Origin: Octopus bimaculoides | Taxonomy: Eukaryota | NCBI RefSeq assembly: GCF_001194135.2 | Contig: NC_068998.1 | Location: 12,652,580-12,691,165, forward strand | Length of the DNA stretch: 38,586 nt | Direction of reading: 5' to 3' | Shown: piece after piece, positions 1-11,796 of the stretch | Layout of the letters: each line of letters starts with the position of its first letter | Position numbering within the stretch: the first letter of the stretch is position 1 | The notes under the pieces: generated by a model | Seen by the model: the letters and a program-made list of their open reading frames with translations, nothing else | Database searches by the model: none | What the model was told of the DNA's origin: nothing | Made by a program: the position numbers and the translations under genes

Positions 1-59
1 ACAGACAGACAGACAGACTGATAGATAGGTAGATAGACAGACAGATAGACAGACAGACT

Positions 60-133
<74 letters not shown>

Positions 134-135
134 TA
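1..135 (+). repeat. (ACAG)n/(ATAG)n tetranucleotide microsatellite
   Basis: Direct inspection. Confidence 0.97.
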
Positions 136-451
136 CTGCCATAAATCCTGTGACGAGTAACAGGTTATATTTTTGTTTCACTTTAGCATTGCTGTATTTA
201 GTTTGCGGCTGCAAACCTTATGTTTTTTCGTCTTTTATTTTATTTTTTACCTTCTTGTGTTTTATTTTTTTTATTTTCGTCCAGTTATTCTTAATCGTTT
301 CGCCTCGATCCCTACTTTTGTTTCATGTTTTTTTTTTGTTCTTTGTTTTGCAAAACTTCTTCCACTTTACAATTATACCTGTTTTTTTTTTTTTAAACTA
401 ATACATCTGTCTACCCCACCTCTCTTCGTCTTTTTCTTTTTGTGAATTCTC

Positions 452-617
452 CAGGAGTGGCTGTGTGGTAAGTAGCTTGCTTACCAACCACATGGGTTCC
501 GGGTTCAGTCCCACTGCGTGGCATCTTGGGCAAGTGTCTTCTACTATAGCCTCAGGCCGACCAAAGCCTTGTGAGTGGATTTGGTAGGCGGAAACTGAAA
601 GAAGCCTGTCGTATATA

Positions 618-677
<60 letters not shown>
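452..677 (+). mobile_element. tRNA-derived SINE family A (CORE-like body) with (TA)n tail
   Basis: Head GGAGTGGCTGTGTGGTAAG (A-box-like) and GGTTCAGTCCC (B-box-like), then CTTGGGCAAGTGTCTT (CORE-like). Homologous copies at 11797, 18192, 21387(-), 27127, 29370(-), 34695 and 37378. Confidence 0.9.
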
Positions 678-678
<1 letters not shown>

Positions 679-709
679 CTTGCAAATATGTGATAGTCAT
701 TATCTTTAC

Positions 710-788
710 CTGATAAATAATTTAATAACGCAATTTCTGTTGCACCAAGAATCGAAACTGCAAACTTGATATCATTGATTGAAGATCT
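710..788 (-). CDS. Candidate internal exon, 79 nt (RSSINDIKFAVSILGATEIALLNYLS)
   Basis: Acceptor tcttatcttcAG, donor CAG|gtaaag, one fully open protein-like frame (phase 0 to 1). No homology recognised. Confidence 0.33.
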
Positions 789-874
789 CTGAAGATAAGA
801 CCACTACTCAATATGTTACATGTTTTATTTGTAAAGGTTATCTTTGCCTTTGGAAAGTTCTTCGCAGAATTTGT

Positions 875-945
875 TGTTGTTGTTTTTATTGTTGCTGTTG
901 CTGCTGCTGCTGCTGCTGATGATGATGATGATGTTTATGCTGTTG
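875..945 (+). repeat. Compound (GTT)n(GCT)n(GAT)n trinucleotide repeats
   Basis: Direct inspection. Confidence 0.9.
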
Positions 946-1261
946 CTGATGCAATTACTATGGTGGTATTAAATCAGTTAAAAGCTTTCAGAAACGTCAC
1001 ACTGGAAATATAAGATTTTGTAAGATGCCTTCGTGTACGGAGGTAAGTAGATTAGTGAGTGAGAGGAGAATTATGAGGTGGAACATCTATGGAGGAGAGG
1101 GGGAGGGGGCATAGGTTTGGTGGCGTAGGTGAGGAAAGTTTGGGAGTAAAGCTGAAAGTGAAGTAGATCGAATGCGTTACTAGGTGAGGGAAATTGTTAT
1201 AACTAGAAACGTATAAAATATAGTTGAGTTGTGAGGGAGAGAATAAAGAAGACGTATGAGC

Positions 1262-1375
1262 ACTGAGAAAGACAGGGAGAGAGAGAGAGAAAGAAAGAGA
1301 GAGAGAGAGAGAGGGAGAGAGAGAGAAACAGAGAGAGAGAGAGAAACAGAGAGAGAGAGGCAGACAAACAGAAAA
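1262..1375 (+). repeat. (AG)n-rich imperfect microsatellite
   Basis: Direct inspection. Confidence 0.9.
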
Positions 1376-2069
1376 AGATGGGAAGTGATGGATAAGAAGC
1401 AAAGAAGTCATTACTATTATGACGACATCAATGGCAAATATAACGCCAACTGCAATGGCGACGGTAGCAACAATGACAATAATATTGGTAACAAGACAAA
1501 CAGCTTATAGCAAATGACTTCAGGATGAACAACAACAACAACAACAACAGCAACAACCAGTATATAGGACTAAGACCGATACCTCCGGCAAACTGAGAAT
1601 ATTCCGTTTCGTTTCTAGGAAGAGGGGGAAAAATGAGTGCCATTCTTTTCTGGAACGGTTCCAAAGCTAACTTGGAAGCCGTACAAGTCACAACAGAAGT
1701 ATCAATAACAACATCCAACAACAGCAACGATAATGATAATATTGTTGGTGATTGCTTTTATTTTCTAAAAGGGTGACGGACGAGAGAGCATTTCGTACTC
1801 AGGTTACAAAAAGTGTGGAGATTTTTTTGTTGATATTGAATGAGAAAAAGAACATTGAAGTGTAATTGTACGCAGTATACAATATTCTGTAATGTTTCTA
1901 AACGAGGACAATCATCCAAAGATAGTCAATGAACCCCACAGATCCTGGATTACTCTGACTGCCAAAGGTAGAGTTCTTTCCCGGTTGTCATTCCTTGGCC
2001 TATATGCACGTACTTAGAGTAGACTTGTTCACTTGTCATATTCGCTACCCACCTGGTTTTTAAGACAAT

Positions 2070-2398
2070 TGTTGTTGTTGGGCACTCCGTCGCTTACGAC
2101 GTCGAAGGTTTCCAGTTGATCCGATCAACGGAACAGCCTGCTCGTGAAATTAACGTGCAAGTGGCTGAGCACTCCACAGACACGTGTACCCTTAACGTAG
2201 TTCTCGGAGATATTCAGCGTGACACAGAGTGTGACAAGGCTGGCCCCTTTGAATTACAGGCACAACAGGAACAGGAAGTTAGAGTGAGAGAAAGTTGTGG
2301 TGAAATAGTACAGCAGGGTTCGCCACCATCCCCTGCCAGAGCCTCGTGGAGCTTTAGGTGTTTTCGATCAATAAACACTCACAACGCCCGGTCTGGGA
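2070..2398 (-). mobile_element. tRNA-derived SINE family C, young copy, 5' head lost in gap
   Basis: Highly similar to the complete TSD-bounded copy at 28160-28531; (CAA)n tail on the minus strand. Confidence 0.9.
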
Positions 2399-3354
2399 NN
2401 NNNNNNNNNNNNNNNNNNNNNNNNNNNNNNNNNNNNNNNNNNNNNNNNNNNNNNNNNNNNNNNNNNNNNNNNNNNNNNNNNNNNNNNNNNNNNNNNNNNN
2501 NNNNNNNNNNNNNNNNNNNNNNNNNNNNNNNNNNNNNNNNNNNNNNNNNNNNNNNNNNNNNNNNNNNNNNNNNNNNNNNNNNNNNNNNNNNNNNNNNNNN
2601 NNNNNNNNNNNNNNNNNNNNNNNNNNNNNNNNNNNNNNNNNNNNNNNNNNNNNNNNNNNNNNNNNNNNNNNNNNNNNNNNNNNNNNNNNNNNNNNNNNNN
2701 NNNNNNNNNNNNNNNNNNNNNNNNNNNNNNNNNNNNNNNNNNNNNNNNNNNNNNNNNNNNNNNNNNNNNNNNNNNNNNNNNNNNNNNNNNNNNNNNNNNN
2801 NNNNNNNNNNNNNNNNNNNNNNNNNNNNNNNNNNNNNNNNNNNNNNNNNNNNNNNNNNNNNNNNNNNNNNNNNNNNNNNNNNNNNNNNNNNNNNNNNNNN
2901 NNNNNNNNNNNNNNNNNNNNNNNNNNNNNNNNNNNNNNNNNNNNNNNNNNNNNNNNNNNNNNNNNNNNNNNNNNNNNNNNNNNNNNNNNNNNNNNNNNNN
3001 NNNNNNNNNNNNNNNNNNNNNNNNNNNNNNNNNNNNNNNNNNNNNNNNNNNNNNNNNNNNNNNNNNNNNNNNNNNNNNNNNNNNNNNNNNNNNNNNNNNN
3101 NNNNNNNNNNNNNNNNNNNNNNNNNNNNNNNNNNNNNNNNNNNNNNNNNNNNNNNNNNNNNNNNNNNNNNNNNNNNNNNNNNNNNNNNNNNNNNNNNNNN
3201 NNNNNNNNNNNNNNNNNNNNNNNNNNNNNNNNNNNNNNNNNNNNNNNNNNNNNNNNNNNNNNNNNNNNNNNNNNNNNNNNNNNNNNNNNNNNNNNNNNNN
3301 NNNNNNNNNNNNNNNNNNNNNNNNNNNNNNNNNNNNNNNNNNNNNNNNNNNNNN
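2399..3354. other. Assembly gap (956 N)
   Basis: N-run. The 207 bp at 1875-2081 recur identically at 3355-3561. Confidence 0.99.
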
Positions 3355-4302
3355 GTATACAATATTCTGTAATGTTTCTAAACGAGGACAATCATCCAAA
3401 GATAGTCAATGAACCCCACAGATCCTGGATTACTCTGACTGCCAAAGGTAGAGTTCTTTCCCGGTTGTCATTCCTTGGCCTATATGCACGTACTTAGAGT
3501 AGACTTGTTCACTTGTCATATTCGCTACCCACCTGGTTTTTAAGACAATTGTTGTTGTTGGATGATGGTGGTGGTGGCGGTGGCGGTGGTGATGGTGGTG
3601 GCAGTGATGATGATGGTGATGTTATTGTTGCTGCCTTCTGTGAAAAGTTATCTATCTAAAGCATCTTTTTCTCTTTATTTTTTTTTTCTTTATTTTTCCC
3701 CCCTCAGTAAAACTTTCCGAGCACATATTAAATTCAACCTTACTGCTCCCACAGCCGTGGAGCCTTTCCCCTCACCGCTTCTTGAAAAGAAGAAGAAAAA
3801 TTAACGAAGAACATTAAAACATGTTAGATAATGACACGGAAATAAGAAAATTACAACAAACCCAGGCACATATAAATATCGAAGGATCAATAAACTAAAC
3901 ATTGTGCAACACATAAATGAAAGAAAAGGTTAGAGTAGAATGTTATTATAGACGCGTTAAATTAATTCTTGAAACAAAGCTAAATGCAAACATTAAAATA
4001 ATAGGCATCAATAGTTTAGCTCTGGCAGTAATAAGTTATGGTTATATTTTGAACTGAATGCTAAACTAGCAAGATTACGCAGAGAAAACAAGAAAATAAT
4101 TACTGTATTTAATCCTTTAACGGAGGACATCAACAATTGATGTTTCAAAAATTTTACATGGATACAGTCATCATCAAAGGAAAGTGAATATGTTACGGCA
4201 CTTTTTGATAATGAGATTATAAATTTTATTGTGCGAGAGACTAACAATTATTAGTCTTTGTACTTATTTAAAGAGAAAATAAGTATAAAAGGGTATGTGT
4301 GT

Positions 4303-4339
<37 letters not shown>

Positions 4340-4343
<4 letters not shown>

Positions 4344-4665
4344 TCCGATTGGCAGACATTCATGCAATCCTTTCCTGCTTTCACCACAAGAGATCCTTGG
4401 TAATAGTGGAGCCCAGCGTTTTGGAAAGTCTGTGTAGGCTCTAGCTGAGTGTTGCTGATGGTTAGATGAGATGGTGCAACGGTGTTTTCTTCATATGGAT
4501 AGTGCTTGAGGTTTTCACTGTTATAAGAAACAAAGTTTGAAGGCCCTCCTGGAGGGTGCTTTGAGAAACTTCTCTAAAGTAAGAACATTAGAGTGAGTGG
4601 CAAAAACGAGTAAGGCTTTAATGAATCTAGCTCTGACGAAGCAATTTTGCTAATCATTGAGAAGT

Positions 4666-4702
<37 letters not shown>

Positions 4703-5425
4703 GGAGAGACAGAAACAGACAGAGAGACAGACAGACAGATAGACAAACAGAGATTTAAAGTGATGTGAGACATCGTTGTTAGAGGCTGTCTTCATTAATA
4801 TGGAAAAGTTGGAGCAATGGGACATTAGTTCGCTTGGTCGGAGGGACCGCTTTCCTTTAAACAGGACACACTCTGAAGCTGCTTCCAAATGTCATGGAAT
4901 ATTCCCGCAGAGAGTGAGGAGTTATAAAGTTTGAGGAGTATGTTCTGTGGTTCACTATTTAAGTGTTATGGGAAATATATTAACGGAACCGTTGGCGTTG
5001 CTTGTTTGGAAGCATTTCCACACTTAGCGTATATGTAAGTGGGACGATAAGCCAATTGGAGTGGAAGGGGGGGGGGAATTTGAAAGGGATTGGTCTTGGG
5101 TGTGCAGCGTGAAGTTTGGGTGCAAGACTGACAGCAAAGTGGAGGCTTTGTCCATTGAGGTACTGCTTTTTGAGCCATCGTTGTTTAGGAGAGGAATAAA
5201 AAAAAAAAGGACTCCATAAAGTTGGTGGAGATTCGTTTGACAAGGAGCCAGAAGGATTGACTGTAATTTGGAAAAGTAAGAAAACTTGGGGTTCGTATGG
5301 TTTATGAAAGCATTCTTTACACACCAAATAGGAGTCTTCCAGGAGTTGCGTGGACATCGATTGCCTTTTTTTCTTTTTGTCCCCTGAACAGCTGCAACGC
5401 AGATTAACAGACAGTTGAGATGTAT
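4340..5425 (-). mobile_element. Decayed non-LTR retrotransposon (CR1/L2/Jockey-type) ORF2 RT fragment
   Basis: Frameshifted minus-strand peptides follow LINE RT order: YFSKL..NLHQLYGVL, DKASTLLSVLHPNFTL (KA.LLN.FF..FT linker), LLKLYNSSLSAGIFHDIWK/AASVCPV..K..DQAN*CPIA (L.KLFN.SL..G.FP..WK...PV.K...NYRPI), LLND*QNCFVRAR (QYGFR), NFVSYNSE, KTLGSTITKDLLW. Interrupted by an AG/ACAG microsatellite at about 4662-4745; the middle RT motifs are deleted. Confidence 0.8.
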
Positions 5426-5810
5426 ATTCATTCACTACAGGGCAGTAATCCAGTTGAAAATGAAACGCTTTTCCTTGCGTCTGAAAGAGTGAGAAGAGTC
5501 ATTAAGAGCGGGATCAACTTTTTGTAATGGTTCACTTTTGATGCGTATAGATTTGCCATAATCTACATATATATTATATCATATTTTACATATATAAATA
5601 CTACCGTGTATCCCATTCATTCACAGCAGGGTAGCAGCCCTGTTGAAAATGAAACGCTTTTCCTTATGTCTTGAAGAGTGAGATGAGCCATAAAGTAGGA
5701 GCGGGATCAACTTTTTGTAATGGTCCACTTTTGATGTGCGTAGATTTGCTAAATCTACATAGATATTATATTATATTTTACATATATAAAATACCACCGT
5801 GTATCCCATT
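5426..5810 (+). repeat. Tandem dimer of a 189-bp unit, each with a hammerhead-like core
   Basis: ATTCATTCAC at 5426 and 5615; GAAACGCTTTTCCTT at 5462 and 5651; both units end GTGTATCCCATT. Confidence 0.9.
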
Positions 5811-6068
5811 ATTTCCATCCTTATCTATTCTTATGTGAGCAAAAATTAAACAAATCGTGGATCAAAAGACTACCTAAAAGCAATCAACTGCTCAATGGTC
5901 CACAAACACATTAAATTAGAAAATGTTTTTAGAAACGGTCCGATACACACAGGGAACACCTCAGTGGTTCAACTATTGCCGAGAACACTACAGACCAAGA
6001 AGTGATCACTGGGGTGGCCGAGACTCCAACACTGCATATCGATGAGCTATTCTTGCCCGTTTATTTAC

Positions 6069-6154
6069 CATGTGGTAAGACAGCAAACATTAAGCGTATT
6101 GGCTATACCAATAATACCGTATCGATGACGCGATGCAGTACCAATCAATTTGCC
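6069..6154 (-). CDS. Candidate internal exon, 86 nt (GKLIGTASRHRYGIIGIANTLNVCCLTT)
   Basis: Acceptor cattttatacAG, donor ATG|gtaaat, single open frame. No confirmed homology. Confidence 0.25.
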
Positions 6155-7149
6155 CTGTATAAAATGTTGACTAAATACTATTTCCATGCTGCACAAAGAT
6201 AATTCATTAATGATTCACCAAGCAATAAAAATATCATGAAACGAACTTAGAAAACGTGAAGAAGAAATCAACCAAACGATAAATTACACCAAGATACAAA
6301 AATATATTACCAGGTTTATACTAAAACGAGAGCTGAAGCAAGAAGCTATAAGCAGAAAAATCGATAGTTTGTATCCCGTCACCAAAGCTGCATCATGAGT
6401 ATGAAAAATAGATTTAATTTTTATTAACTCAGTTCATTTAGATGTGCATGATTATGGTGCTATATATAAACGAGCGCCATAGACATGCACAGTTCACCAC
6501 TATGAGCAGCATGCGGATTGCATAGTATTTTGTCTGTTTATATCGTTGATCTGAGCTGAGTGTATGTCTTCTCATAAGGAAAAAATGTTTTCCTTTTTTA
6601 TATTTTGCTTAATCCACGAATTTACGGTACAGACCACAGCCCATCTGTGCCCTGCAAGATGCTGTCTGCAAAACAAAATAATATGCAGATAGAGAGAATT
6701 TCAGTCTAGTTCTTGGGAGATATCTCTCACCTACTTAACACCATCGAGTAAGTCTGGAAATAACATAACACACTCTGGTAAATGTAGTGAATAAGAGAGA
6801 AACACATTTCCTTTTTTCTAAAAAAAAAAATATGTTGTAGATGCTGAAATATTAAAGCAATAAATAAAAATATTTACTAAATTGAAAGCACAACAACCAC
6901 AGCACAAACTAGATTTTAATATAAACTACATATCTGTCGATTCAAAACAGAATAACAGAATGACAAACAACATAATGAACCAGTAAAGCATCTCTATTAA
7001 CAAAGGCAACATAAATTCTTTGTCGTGAAAACGCAATACGTAAACAGTAAAGGGAACTTAAGAATATGTTATAAAATGAATGGATCAAACATTTTAAGAA
7101 ATTTGTGCTGATAACGACGAAAGTAAAACCTTGCAAGAATAAAGCGAAA

Positions 7150-8420
7150 ACAATAAATATGGTTGTAACCGAGTTATGAGGAAATCTTTGAGAAATATCG
7201 AAATTGACATTAATGGTTTAAACCGGTTAATGCGTGGAACAATCTCAATTATTAGGAAAATGTTATGGTACTACTTAGAAGGAAATTGAGACAAACCAAC
7301 CAAAAGAAGAATAACAAAGCACTGGGGAGAAAAGAAAACAAAATTAATCATAAAAGGAAAAGACTACAATCTTTAGCAAAATCGATAGACAACGTTCAAA
7401 GTGAGTGAATTGGATCCTACAAGAAAATAACACAAAAGATTTTTTAAAAAATCCCATTTTGAAAAGAAGCATTAAGACAAAATAAATTGACATTATCGCA
7501 AAGACGAAACAGTAACAACAACGCTTGTATGAACACAAGTCAAGTGTTCACCAATGATCTGCAAAAGTTATTTTATTCCGAAAGACAAATAAACCAAAAC
7601 CTAATAAATTACGCAATCGCTATCGTAAAAAGAAATTGAAAGGTTATAGGAATTGAAAAGTTATCCATGGATAAAGAAACAGCAGCGTTCAATAAAGCTA
7701 AAATCTCCGCAGATCCACAAAATAAACAAATCAGAGAACAAATTGAAATTCGACATTAACTGCATTAATGTCTGTAGTTGCCCTCTCTAATCACTTCGGA
7801 AGGTTCTAAGAACAAAAGCACGACCACTAACCCCCGTCTCCAGAGTTCACAATCCGATTGGTTGAATGCCCTACGTTTACAACCAACATAGCAAGATAAG
7901 AAAACAATAAACAGCCATCGCTGGTAATCTCTTATATAACGAATCAACAAAAAGACCTTTACACGATCACTAGACCTGCTAGAAATAACAGTTAAATTTC
8001 CCTCAAATCGCATTGTACTTTGTTGTCTTAAATAAGGACAGATATACTAGGCAATGTAGTTCCTGAAGAGAGGCGATATTCACAGTTTTAATGCCTTCAA
8101 TCATTAGTTCTCACTATTAGGGTTAATCTAGGGTTTAACTCAACAAACATTTTGTCTCCAACAATATCACGATGCATTGACTACGGAAATATTGTTGCAA
8201 CACTATGCCTCCCCTATTCATGAGCAACACATATCTAAATCCTTCGAGTACGTTCTAAATCACATGATCTTTGATAGTGACTAAATATAAATAATAGCCA
8301 AAATTGATTCTCAAAGGCCTTGTGGGCCTTATCGTTGGGGTCAGAAACTTCTTCGACTCTGCTAAGCCTATACGAAACACGGGTGTGCTGCTCTACTCTA
8401 GAGAATATTCTCACAAATGT
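7150..8420 (+). mobile_element. Very decayed non-LTR retrotransposon, R4/Dong-like (tentative)
   Basis: A-rich strand with fragments QVFTNDLQKLFY (cf. QN.LF..D.K.FY), PWIKKQ (cf. A.WIKE), CIDY (cf. WIDY.KAFD) in the expected order; many stops and frameshifts. Confidence 0.4.
7970..8080 (+). repeat. Interspersed repeat family F (CTGCTAGAAATAACAG..AAAT..CTCAAATC)
   Basis: Related copies at about 11500-11660 and 19160-19280. Confidence 0.6.
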
Positions 8421-8422
8421 TA

Positions 8423-8845
8423 AGGCGGTGAGCTGGTAGAAACGTTAGCACGCCGGACAAAATGCTTAGCGGTATTTCGTCTGCTGCTACATTCTGAGTT
8501 CAAATTCCGCCGAGGTCGACTTTGCCTTTCATCCTTTCGGGGTCGATTAAATAAGTACAAGTTACGCACTGAGGTCAATGTAATCGACTTAATCCGTTTG
8601 TCTTTCCTTGTTTGTCCTCTCTCTGTGTAGCCCCTTGTGGGAAATAAAGAAATAAGAAACGTTAGCACACCGGGCGAAATGCTTAGCGGTATTTCGTCTG
8701 TCTTTACGGTCTGAGTTCAAATTCTGCCGAGGTTGACTTCGCCTTTCATCCTTTCGGGGTCAATAAATTAAGTACCAGTTGCGTACTGGAGTCGCTCTAA
8801 TCGACTGGCCCCTTCCCCTAAATTTTCGGGCCTTCTGCCTATGTA
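8423..8845 (+). mobile_element. SINE family B, head-to-tail dimer
   Basis: Two units, each GAAACGTTAGCAC.CCGG..AAATGCTTAGCGGTATTTCG...GAGTTCAAATTC (B-box-like)...GCCGAGGTCGACTTTGCCTTTCATCCTTTCGGGGTC. Many other copies in the window. Confidence 0.9.
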
Positions 8846-10186
8846 ACACATTCACATTTGTAGAATGAATTCGAAAGAAAAGGCAACCCATCTGCTTTGA
8901 AAAACTTACCAGCACACTACAACACCATCCCACTGACATGATGTGTTCTTTTGTATCATCTATAGTTATCACTTCGGTTCCGGCTCTTTTAAACTAGTTA
9001 TCTGTGTGCCATCATCACCGTACAAGTCCCCTATTCTCCCATCTCTCGCTCACCATTCATCTCTGTTCTTTCATTTCCAAAACCAGACAGTAAACACTTC
9101 TCTAAACCCTAATCCCCAGAAATGCAACTTATTGAACTCCCTTCCTGTCCACGATTCCCCCCCCCCACACACACACACATAGATCAGTAAGTCGAAGTTC
9201 CAGTTGAGTATCAAACTTAACCTCACCCGTCTGGATATGATGTCTGCAAGGAATACATTCAGAAAAGAACATCACTAGTTATTGCAGTACTTCAGTTCTT
9301 TGTGACCTCATTTAATTATGGCTTCGTTCACGTTACAATGGCGTCGGTGCAATGATTAAGCAAAATTCAATGAATTCGATTATAAGCAGTTTGAAATGAC
9401 GCAATGATACGAACAAGTAGACAATCTTTACGATTCAGTACTTCAGTATAAGCCATAATATCAACTTAGATATGGTCGGCTAACGTGACTGTTAGCTCTC
9501 ACTTGCAATGTCTATCTTCTTTTTTTTCCGTTTTGATTTTTTTAATGAAACAAAAAATATACTGTTAATTCTCAGCATGGCCTGACCGGTGTGGAAGAAA
9601 GATCAGGAAGTATAATCAATATACACTCCTGTCATGAATATGGCACAAACGATTCCAGTGGCCCGTCAATGTTAATAATTTCTTTTTAAATCACCTCAGA
9701 GCACTAATTCACATTCCGTAACTAACAAGATTCTAACATTGCAACGCAGGTTAAACATTTTAATATGAATATACACGAGGTGGGTATATATTGCTAAATA
9801 TATCAAGCTTAATAGCTAAAATTATGTAATCTACGAGAATACCTACACCCCGCATATATACTCGCATATATACACATAGACACACGTACACGAAAAAAAG
9901 AAACAAACAAAAACTTTTGGTTTTCTCCATAAAAGTAGGAAACAGTTTAAAATAGAGGAAAATCGATTCCTTTGATTCCGTTTAAATATAAAATCAATAA
10001 TTGCTGGAATCTTCGTGAAAACTTGAAATATTTTGTGTTTATCACTTGATTGTTTCTATGGTAAACAGTGCAAGTTTGGTAATGCTGTGCTGTGATCTTA
10101 CTGGGGACGCCGTAGAGTAACAGCCACACGCTTGGAAAGCTAAGACGGCTGCACGTCTTCAAAGCATTTCGCTTCTTCGCTTACAC

Positions 10187-10701
10187 CAGTGGTTCATACC
10201 CTGGGATCCGCAAAGGTAGTACTGGGGGTCCGTGAGCTAAATTCAAAATTTCATATATATATATAAGAGAGTATTGTAGTTCGCTTGAAGCATTGTGTAT
10301 TGTTTGTAAAGAAAACAGTTTATAGCAGAGACTCCAGCAAATAAGATCTGAAGAAGGAATTCTAATTCCGAAATATCATCGGACTATAGATAACCAAGTT
10401 ACAACAGATATATAGTCCATTTTTTTATTCTATAGTGCATTGTTATACCTTTCTAAACTTTTCATATNNNNNNNNNNNNNNNNNNNNNNNNNNNNNNNNN
10501 NNNNNNNNNNNNNNNNNNNNNNNNNNNNNNNNNNNNNNNNNNNNNNNNNNNNNNNNNNNNNNNNNNNNNNNNNNNNNNNNNNNNNNNNNNNNNNNNNNNN
10601 NNNNNNNNNNNNNTATATATGTAAGGATAAGCATATTAAAAGGTGTCAGTGGGAAAACTCATTTAAATAAAAGAGTTGGGAACCACTGTTAGGAACCACT
10701 G
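10187..10701. mobile_element. Non-autonomous hAT element (MITE) with perfect 8-bp TSD
   Basis: TIR CAGTGGTTC...GAACCACTG; TSD GCTTACAC at 10179-10186 and 10702-10709; contains gap 10468-10613. Confidence 0.9.
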
Positions 10702-10999
10702 GCTTACACCGTTGATGTTTCTGGCATGTAATATGAATACCACACTATAACTTCGTAGTATTGACGTCCTGCAAAGTGCAGTGGCTTTTGTGTTTTTCTC
10801 ATAGAGAAGACATTGATTACAGCCGTCAGTTGGAATTGAAAATTAGTTGTGTGCGTGCACCATGCTTTTACTGATTGTTTTTTAAGTGCCCATGAAGTCG
10901 CGAGCAGACATAGACACTCTCACGGCTCTCCCACCTTTGACCCAACGAAACAACTATTGATGTAACAGCTGGAAGGAGAAAGTATTACGCCAGTTCTCA

Positions 11000-11135
11000 G
11001 CTGGTATTTTCTTTATCGATCCCAAAAAGCCAAAAAAAAAAAGAAAAAAAGAAAACCCTTATTGACATGTGCAGAATTTGAACCCTGAACGCAGAAAACC
11101 GAAACAAATACGTAGCGCATTTTATGCGACGCTCT
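11000..11135 (-). mobile_element. Decayed SINE family B
   Basis: CTGGTATTTT..TTTATCGATCCC and GAATTTGAAC motifs of the family B reverse complement. Confidence 0.65.
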
Positions 11136-11796
11136 AACGTATAAAAGGTATACACTTATTGTAATTATTCTGTGACGAATATTTTTTGATGATTATGAGA
11201 CTGAGAACATTCAGCAGATAAAGTGTTTAGGGTCTATTAATTCTAATAACAATAACCGGTTATAACATTATCTCTGATTATATTAAGCGGTTTCTACTGC
11301 ATTCTCTCTGCTGTGGCATGACAAGCATGCTAAGGAACCATGTGCTCACGTGAACAGCCATCCGCCTACGCACACACACACACACACATACACACACACA
11401 CACACACACATTCATACATATGCAAACACAGTGTTTAGGAGATACACGTACATCTAATGATATGAAGGGATAACAAGCGAACCAATGAGTACGCTTCTAC
11501 ATGGCCGCTCAGTCTGTTAGAAATAACATCCAAATTTCCTTCAAATCATACCCCTAAAGTCTTTAAAAAAAGGACACGTTGGATAATGAGGTCATTGGTT
11601 CCTTGCACATTGGTGAAAAAAGCAGGGCTTCGATTAGAATACCTTTAATCATAGGGCTAAGCCACAACAACAATAACAGCAATTGATAACACTCTAGCGT
11701 ATATCTATTATGACGTCATGGAGTAGGATTCAGAGATTGCCTAGTTATCGGTGCATGGATAACACATAGGTTTTCTCACGCATATACAGATATAAA

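Noticed and set aside
992-1042. Plus-strand 51-nt exon-like block (KRHTGNIRFCKMPSCTE) with GTAAGT donor
   Set aside because: Isolated; short pyrimidine tract and no partner plus-strand exons supported.
1770-1930. LRR-like LSLDDCPRLETL on the minus strand
   Set aside because: In-frame TGA immediately upstream with no intervening acceptor AG.
2116-3497. ORFs of 327-418 aa; also those across 10435-10692 and 17342-17846
   Set aside because: Artefacts of N-runs translated as X.
10030-10800. FN3-like peptide SYSVVFILHARNINGVS after removing the hAT MITE
   Set aside because: Needs the MITE excised, ends in a stop and has no splice support; the resemblance is too short.
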